In this document: one piece after another, positions 59,635 to 64,000 of the stretch | Position numbering within the stretch: the stretch's first letter is position 1 | Layout of the letters: the number at the start of each line of letters is the position of its first letter | Origin: Clostridia bacterium | Lineage (GTDB): Bacteria; Bacillota; Clostridia; Oscillospirales; Acutalibacteraceae | Assembly: GCA_017522225.1 (NCBI GenBank) | Contig: JAFWZR010000020.1 | Span: forward strand, 15,805 to 79,804 | DNA length: 64,000 nucleotides | Reading direction: 5' to 3' | Made by a program: the position numbers and the translations under genes | Notes under the pieces: generated by a model | The model's input: only the letters and a program-made list of their open reading frames with translations | What the model was told of the DNA's origin: nothing | Database searches by the model: none

Positions 59635-59720
59635 TTTCTCTCCTTTGTTTGTTTTCTTCATAATAGTCGTATTTTCAAAGTTTGTCAACTCTTGTTGGAA
59701 TCAGCAACATCTTTGCAAAT

Positions 59721-59735
59721 ATCCCAATATGGGAT
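59721..59735. promoter_or_regulatory. Inverted repeat, candidate operator for the adjacent XRE regulator
   Basis: ATCCCA-ata-TGGGAT. A third TGGGAT half-site lies at 59754-59759, close to the XRE gene RBS. Confidence 0.4.
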
Positions 59736-59781
59736 GTTTTGATTATACCAAAGTGGGATAATATTGTCAAGAGGTGACGCT

Positions 59782-59988
59782 ATGAGGCTAAAAGAACTTC
59801 GCAAGGCAAAGGGTATATCCCAACTTAAGCTGGCAATTGACCTGAATATGAATCAGAACAGTATCAGCCGTTATGAGAACGGCATACGAGAAGCTGACTA
59901 TAACACTCTGATTAAATTCGCCGACTATTTTAATGTGTCCGTCGATTATCTGCTCGAAAGAACAGATGATCCCACTTTCCGTAAATAA
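59782..59988 (+). CDS. XRE-family helix-turn-helix transcriptional regulator
   Basis: 68 aa. LKELRKAKGISQLKLAIDLNMNQNSISRYENG is a classic Cro/C1 HTH. AGAGGTG RBS. Confidence 0.85.
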   Translation: MRLKELRKAKGISQLKLAIDLNMNQNSISRYENGIREADYNTLIKFADYFNVSVDYLLERTDDPTFRK

Positions 59989-60021
59989 AACCGTACTCAT
60001 TTGATTTGAGTACGGTTTTTC
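59987..60021. terminator. Bidirectional terminator
   Basis: AAAACCGTACTCA-loop-TGAGTACGGTTTT. Confidence 0.8.
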
Positions 60022-60022
60022 T

Positions 60023-60964
60023 TTATACAGCATAAAGCACATTCAGGTTGCGGATATTTGCATCCTTTATTGCATCATTCACTGCGTATGCCTGTCTCTC
60101 AAGCTCACGGGAATCCAGTCTTGTGAGTCCCTGATTGCGAAGCTCATCAATGACGAGTGATGCAATTTTTTCTATAAGCTCCTGCTTTTTTATTGCCTCT
60201 TCATCCGTGTTAGCGCTTGAAATCAGGTATTCAAGCTCGTCATGCAAGCAAGACAGCAGAGGTAAATCCCGAAGTGCACGGAATGTCCATTTGTAGTAAG
60301 GCATATATTTTTTGTTCAGCAAAAATATCACCTTCAGCGCTGCGTTCACAAATTCACCGACTGCAAGCTGAGCTGCCGCCGTTTCCTTTCGCCTGATGCA
60401 TCGGATATAGTTGTACTGTCCCGACTGCGCCATAAGCAGCAGATTGCCTGCCATCTTCTTGAGACGTACATCCTCGGGCATATAGGCAATCTTCTCTCTT
60501 AACTGAGTTACCCTTCCGAAATTGTCACAGAAAATTTTGCCGTTTGTCGCCTCCGACGGAAATTGCTCCGCAATGCAGAACCAACCGTCAGTTGTGATGT
60601 CGGCATTTTTGTTGCCCGTCTTCATTTCAAAAAACTTATCTGTACGGATAACACCGTGTCGGTTACCGCCTACGGGGTTCAGCGGACTTCTTTTGTAGCC
60701 CATATACTCCTTCGGCAGCTTTGCGTACGCTCTTTCGAGGGCAAACTCCGTACGGGAATCAATGATATCCTCCCCCGGGATAAAAATACAGAAGCCCGGC
60801 TCAAAATCGTGGTCCTGTGAAATATCGTCATCATAGCCGAAGCACTCCGATCCGCTGCCGACAAGACCGACCGCAAGATACTTTTCAATATCAGCAAAGC
60901 CTTCCTTTATCATTTTTTCGCCGTATTCATAATAAAATTTTTCAGAAAGTTCAAGACCTTTCAT
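60023..60964 (-). CDS. Nucleotidyltransferase-fold protein with a DUF4037-like C-terminal domain
   Basis: The N-terminal GSGSECFGYDDDISQDHDF fits the Pol-beta NTase hG[GS]...DxD pattern, and the remainder resembles DUF4037 (from memory). The start is ambiguous (GTG 60973 or ATG 60964). Confidence 0.6.
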   Translation of the reverse strand: MKGLELSEKFYYEYGEKMIKEGFADIEKYLAVGLVGSGSECFGYDDDISQDHDFEPGFCIFIPGEDIIDSRTEFALERAYAKLPKEYMGYKRSPLNPVGGNRHGVIRTDKFFEMKTGNKNADITTDGWFCIAEQFPSEATNGKIFCDNFGRVTQLREKIAYMPEDVRLKKMAGNLLLMAQSGQYNYIRCIRRKETAAAQLAVGEFVNAALKVIFLLNKKYMPYYKWTFRALRDLPLLSCLHDELEYLISSANTDEEAIKKQELIEKIASLVIDELRNQGLTRLDSRELERQAYAVNDAIKDANIRNLNVLYAV

Positions 60965-61700
60965 AAATCTCACTTGCTCTCCTGCCTAATTCTTTTTCAT
61001 AGAGAAAATAACCGAAATATCCGAAAACCGATGCACATTTTTCGCACACAAAGGCATAGTAGCCGTCCTTTTCTTGGTGGGAATCAAGGATTGTTATTGC
61101 CTTTTCAAGATACTCGCGCACAATTACGTCACTATCCACCGCGCCCAGCTCTGCTTCCTTTGCGCTTGCGATGTTCAGGTAAGTTATAGCAACCTCAAGG
61201 TCACCGTCGGGTGCGTTATCCATAACGGCAATCGCCTTGTCATACAATTCATAAGCCTCACCGAAGCGTTCAAGATCAACGAGTGCAAGTGCCATATTGT
61301 TATAAAGTCCGCCGAAACGCTTGTCTGTCGGCGGCAATAAATTCTCATAAACTCCGCGGGCTTTTTCAAAAATCGGCAGAGCCTTATCCGCCTTGCCGAA
61401 AGCCTTGTAAACAGTTGCACAATTGATATAGGTTGTGCCTGCACCGATGTTGTTTTCAATTCCCATTTCACCGATTAAATCAAGCGCAGATGAAACCACC
61501 GACAAAGCATCTTCCTCCTTGCCGAGCTTACGGTAAAGCCCTGCAAGCTCATTCAGAAACAGCAGTGCCGACCGTTTATCGTTAACAGCCCTTGCTTCCA
61601 CCAACCAATATAAAAGATGCTTTTCTGCAGAATCATAATCATTTCTGCCAAGGTGCTCATCAAGCTTATCAAGCACTCTTTGTGTCGGAATATTATTCAT
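60951..61700 (-). CDS. Tetratricopeptide-repeat protein
   Basis: 249 aa with about 5 TPR-like helical pairs. It overlaps both neighbouring genes. Confidence 0.7.
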   Translation of the reverse strand: MNNIPTQRVLDKLDEHLGRNDYDSAEKHLLYWLVEARAVNDKRSALLFLNELAGLYRKLGKEEDALSVVSSALDLIGEMGIENNIGAGTTYINCATVYKAFGKADKALPIFEKARGVYENLLPPTDKRFGGLYNNMALALVDLERFGEAYELYDKAIAVMDNAPDGDLEVAITYLNIASAKEAELGAVDSDVIVREYLEKAITILDSHQEKDGYYAFVCEKCASVFGYFGYFLYEKELGRRASEIYERS

Positions 61701-62817
61701 TAAAAACCCTCTTTATCGCTTCAAGATAACCGTATCCGTAGAGGTCGTCGGGCTGAAGATAGCTTGTCTCCGTCCATTCATTCCAGCTGTTCACGGTTAT
61801 GAACGGTGCTTTCATAACGCCGTCACCAAGTGAAGCGTCCGCAAATGCTTTAATCTTTTTACAGGCAAGCTCAAAGTTTTCGGGTGTGTTGTCCGTCACA
61901 ACTCCCGGGATAAACTTGTTGAATCTTACATTATTGTCCCAGCCGACAGAAATATTCGGATAAAACGGAACATTCAGTCTTTCGGATTCTTCATTAATTG
62001 CACTGATGTATCTGTCCGTCAGTTCATTAAAGTCCCCGTCAAAATCGACAGAACCTCCCCAGTTGTAGTTTGTTACGGAATCAACACCGAGGAAATCGTA
62101 CATCTCGGCAGATGTAGCACCCTTTTGCGGATCACCGTCGCTGAACCAGCTGAACACACGGTCACGCCAATGCACCACCTGAAAATGCAGACCCCTGAAG
62201 CCTGCCTCAACAGTCTTGCGTCGGAAATCCTCAAGTCCCTTGCGGCATTTATCACTCGTGCCGAAGGAACGGATAAAGTTATCAATATCAAAAATCATAT
62301 AGACGGGACAGCCGTCGATACAATAATAGTTTTCTTTGGAAAAGTATTTTTCAATCGTTCTGTCGCAGATCTCCGAAAAAATTTCGGGAGTAACTGTACC
62401 CTTCCATATAACGGTCGAGAGGTCTGTGTCAGAATTACGCTTATCCCACAGATGCGTTGCATCGTGATTTGCCCACATAAGCATAAATTTCATATCCGTA
62501 TTGTTGCGTGCCTTCAGGAAACCGTCATTAAGGCAGTTTTCAAGAAACGGACGGTTATCGTACCAATACCAATCGTATATAAACACATTTACACCGTACG
62601 ATACGGCACAGTTAATCTGCATTTCCATAACCGAGCTGTCCGCCTCATTGACATATCCCCAAGTCGGAATGCGCGGCCAACGGCAGCCCTTGTAGCCTCT
62701 GTTTGTCATCGCCTTGACCGTCTGCCACTCACCGTAGCCCTCAGGCCAGAAAATTCTTGTACGCGGCTCATCACCTGTGTATGACGGCCATATAAATGCT
62801 GCTATATCGTATTTCAT
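61693..62817 (-). CDS. GH99-like / WbsX-family protein
   Basis: About 374 aa. IWPSYTGDEPRTRIFWPEGYGEWQ and VFIYDWYWYDNRPFLE are typical of the WbsX (PF14307-like) family. I prefer the ATG at 62817 (AAGGAGG RBS spacing). Confidence 0.65.
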   Translation of the reverse strand: MKYDIAAFIWPSYTGDEPRTRIFWPEGYGEWQTVKAMTNRGYKGCRWPRIPTWGYVNEADSSVMEMQINCAVSYGVNVFIYDWYWYDNRPFLENCLNDGFLKARNNTDMKFMLMWANHDATHLWDKRNSDTDLSTVIWKGTVTPEIFSEICDRTIEKYFSKENYYCIDGCPVYMIFDIDNFIRSFGTSDKCRKGLEDFRRKTVEAGFRGLHFQVVHWRDRVFSWFSDGDPQKGATSAEMYDFLGVDSVTNYNWGGSVDFDGDFNELTDRYISAINEESERLNVPFYPNISVGWDNNVRFNKFIPGVVTDNTPENFELACKKIKAFADASLGDGVMKAPFITVNSWNEWTETSYLQPDDLYGYGYLEAIKRVFNE

Positions 62818-62877
62818 AAACATACCTCCTTTGTTTTTTTCAGTATACCACAGCCAAACTAAAAATCAAGTTGCCTG

Positions 62878-63630
62878 TTATTTTATAATTTCATACAAGC
62901 ACTTGCGAAATTCGGGCAGCCACCATTCTCTATAACCTGCTTTTGTAGGGTGAATGTGGTCAATGAAATAAAGCTTTCTTTCCTCTTCTGTGATTGAGTT
63001 TATCTGAGCATCGTTCCAGAAGTCAATGACGGTTATGTTCCATTTTTCCTGAATTTCAAGAAGAAGTTCAACCATTTTTGCATAATGCTCACTGTCATAT
63101 TTTGCTTGGGTGTAAAAAATAACGGGACATCCCCATGTTTCTTTTGCATAGGCAATTATAAACTCTGTCGCACCTGCAACTGTCTCACAGTCAAAATCAT
63201 TTTTGTTGAAGCTTTCCGAAATTTCGCCGAGGGGCATTTCTTTGGTTGCATCGTTTGTAGAAAGCTGACAGACAAATGCATCTGCCTTTATACTCTTATC
63301 AATCGTTTGCATCCTCGAAACATAAGAGTTCTTCTTTACATCAACAAGAGTTGTACCTGAAACTGCTTCTTTTATTACATTAATACCGTCGGTTTTTTCG
63401 AGAAAATCCGCAAAGCTGACACCGAGCGAGCCGTAGCCTGCCGTAACGGAGCTACCAAGAAAAATGACTGTCTTCCCGCTAATCGGGCTGTCGGATACAG
63501 GCTGAGTTTCATTTAAAGAATATCCGCCGCCGTTGCCTTTACTGAAAACACCAAACATATTACCGACATAACCTCCCGCTGCGATTATAAGTATAAGAAA
63601 AACCGAAAGGATAATTTTTATCTTTTTCAT
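62878..63630 (-). CDS. Membrane-anchored/secreted SGNH hydrolase
   Basis: 250 aa with an N-terminal anchor. Contains FLGSSVTAGYG (block I-like) and DHIHPT (block V). Confidence 0.7.
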   Translation of the reverse strand: MKKIKIILSVFLILIIAAGGYVGNMFGVFSKGNGGGYSLNETQPVSDSPISGKTVIFLGSSVTAGYGSLGVSFADFLEKTDGINVIKEAVSGTTLVDVKKNSYVSRMQTIDKSIKADAFVCQLSTNDATKEMPLGEISESFNKNDFDCETVAGATEFIIAYAKETWGCPVIFYTQAKYDSEHYAKMVELLLEIQEKWNITVIDFWNDAQINSITEEERKLYFIDHIHPTKAGYREWWLPEFRKCLYEIIK

Positions 63631-63749
63631 TTCATCACACCTTCTGCCTTGATAATAAAATTATATATCAGTTGCGCTGTCAATTCAAGTGTTGCAAAAC
63701 AGACATTTAACAACTATAATAGAATCATAATGATACGGAGATGATAAGC

Positions 63750-64000
63750 TTGAGTTTCAAGAAAGGTCTTTCACTGCTGCTTTGTTTAATTATGATTTTC
63801 TCAACAGCAATAACTCCTTCGTATGCCGCATTCGGCAACAAAACGAAAACACCCGCAATAATTAACGTTGCAGAAAAAATTACGGGTGTAGTTATTAATT
63901 CCTTTGCAAAGATGATAAACAAAACCAAAGGCATTGACGAAACCGATATACCTTCCGCTACCGTGAATCCCCCTTCTTGGATTGAATACAACGGTGATGC
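63750..64000 (+). CDS. Secreted protein, N-terminal fragment (runs off the window end)
   Basis: Absent from the track because it is open-ended. A GGAG RBS is followed by TTG at 63750 (or an in-frame ATG at 63741). The translation SFKKGLSLLLCLIMIFSTAITPSYA-AFGNK... looks like a signal peptide. Confidence 0.45.
   Translation, partial: MSFKKGLSLLLCLIMIFSTAITPSYAAFGNKTKTPAIINVAEKITGVVINSFAKMINKTKGIDETDIPSATVNPPSWIEYNGD

Noticed and set aside
59676-59685. The shared 10-mer CAAAGTTTGT between the hyd operator-like palindrome and the 59.68 kb promoter, as evidence for a common regulator.
   Set aside because: One exact 10-mer recurrence in 128 kb of two-strand sequence is not far from chance expectation. 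The second site is also only a partial palindrome. I mention it under the hyd leader finding but do not claim a regulon.
63725-63991. An 88-aa minus-strand ORF at the window end.
   Set aside because: The opposite strand carries an open frame with an RBS and a signal-peptide-like N-terminus that runs off the window. The minus ORF is probably its shadow, although I cannot fully exclude it.

Overview
The window looks like a chromosomal segment from a low-GC Firmicute of the class Clostridia. Gene content and BspA-type LRR proteins suggest an Oscillospiraceae/Ruminococcaceae-like organism, but that taxonomy is inference only. Coding density is about 90 percent.

The left half (1-31 kb) is mostly housekeeping:
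- One long minus-strand unit carries an unknown 292-aa gene, then gyrB, gyrA, mgsA, hisS and aspS.
- ddl, a DUF1934 gene and argS sit together on the plus strand, and lon-engB lie on the minus strand.
- An envelope-glycopolymer group follows: a TtcA-like gene, a PPTase, an SGNH hydrolase, an acyltransferase-3 and a GT2-TagF fusion.
- Two tRNA-Ser genes, a dCMP deaminase and a complete [FeFe]-hydrogenase maturase operon (TM1266-like regulator, hydE, hydG, hydF) complete this half. The hyd operon sits behind a promoter and a leader with terminator and antiterminator potential. No hydrogenase structural gene is present in the window.

The right half (31-64 kb) is accessory-like:
- It is dominated by glycoside hydrolases (GH35, GH27, GH78-like, GH28-like, BNR/sialidase-fold, GH99/WbsX-like) and by transporters (DMT, MATE, YfcC, CPA2, GPH-MFS).
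- Small uncharacterised modules are scattered among them.

The most unusual items are:
1. A translationally coupled pair at 55.8-57.5 kb. It encodes an Hda/DnaA-domain-III-like AAA+ ATPase and a Cys-phosphatase(CX5R)-NADAR fusion, and it lies next to an IS3-family remnant.
2. A three-gene module at 47.2-49.6 kb: a chaperone-like acidic protein, a polytopic membrane protein with an HExxH domain, and a small unknown protein. It sits behind a 478-nt AT-rich region that contains an orphan terminator.
3. A GC-rich, hairpin-dense non-coding island of about 280 nt at 43.2-43.5 kb. A related unit of about 50 nt occurs at 31.83-31.88 kb.
4. The structured leader of the hyd operon.

I saw no CRISPR array, rRNA or intact mobile element. 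All homology statements come from motif recognition by eye, not from database searches.
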